64,000 nt of DNA from Octopus vulgaris (lineage: Eukaryota). Below, piece after piece: positions 63,300 through 64,000 of this stretch (positions are counted from its first letter, which is position 1; every line of letters begins with the position of its first letter). The position numbers and the translations under genes were made by a program. The notes under the pieces were generated by a model that saw only the letters and a program-made list of their open reading frames with translations, ran no database searches and was not told the origin of the DNA. The stretch spans positions 41,974,001 to 42,038,000 of the forward strand of contig OX597838.1 of assembly GCA_951406725.2 (NCBI GenBank), given 5' to 3'.

Positions 63300-64000
63300 C
63301 GTATTTCTTTCATTGCAGTGCTGTGTTGAAGTATTTTTAAGGGGCTGGGATCAGTATGTGTCCCCAGTTTCATTTCATTGTCTATATCACCATTTCAACA
63401 AGAGAGTTTCTCTGATTGCTTGTCTCCCTAGAAATAGCAGCCAAACTTCTCTTACAATGGTAAAGTGGACATTAAAAGCACATCTTATTAGACAATGTCG
63501 TATAGATATATGATGCCATTGCAAAAAAAAAAAAAAAGGTCCTTGCTGGCATCATTTTGATCATGGTTCTGCTCAAAACAACAGTTATCATCACAATTGG
63601 AATAATGTTGTTGTTGATGTTAAGGTTAAATATTATTTGGTTTTCATTTTAAAATTTTATAAATATTTTCCCAAATTGTTCAAATGCCAGCCATAAAATT
63701 TCATTCGATCAACTTTCTTCAGACATTTCAAAATAGTTTTGTTCCAGTTTTACATGGTCTAAATATTTATCCGTTTTATTACAACAACCAAGTTTGAGGG
63801 TAGGCGTGGGGTGGATTGGGGAGTTTGTGATAAATGGTTAAAACAAAAAGCTCTCTTGTGATGTGATCTGCAAAATTTCTGTGAAGAATTGTAAATTTTG
63901 TCAGAAAATTTCCTCTCCTATGTGAGACCTTGAATAATATTACTGCTGTTGTTGGCCAAGGAATATGGTATCTGAAAAGTTTTCTATTAGATTAATGCCA

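Overview
Eukaryotic, AT-rich, microsatellite- and transposon-dense DNA. It is most likely a coleoid cephalopod (Octopus-like), inferred from the SINE families and not verified. One protein-coding gene is supported: a type I coronin on the + strand. Nine GT-AG exons (42898-60632) splice in frame to 490 aa: WD40 propeller, conserved C-terminal extension, a long Pro/Ala-rich unique region and a coiled coil with the RIKSLE trimerisation motif. The N-terminal ~65 aa exon was not found, so 1-42897 is probably one very long intron. The rest is tRNA-derived SINEs, decayed RTE and CR1-type LINE fragments, a Tigger/pogo remnant, several MITE families and simple repeats. Most notable: (1) a ~1.4 kb Penelope-like insertion inside the (TA)n tract of a SINE, with perfect 69-bp inverted repeats and an intact minimal type I hammerhead ribozyme core on the minus strand (44186-44239); (2) 132-bp ~90% identical inverted repeats bracketing the in-frame skippable Pro-rich exon; (3) a CpG-retaining intronic island with clustered MEF2, CArG, Sp1 and Forkhead motifs; (4) a Merlin-like MITE with 8-bp TSDs nested in a fold-back element; (5) a G.U-biased 44-bp hairpin. 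Repeat boundaries were read by eye and are approximate; no database searches were run.
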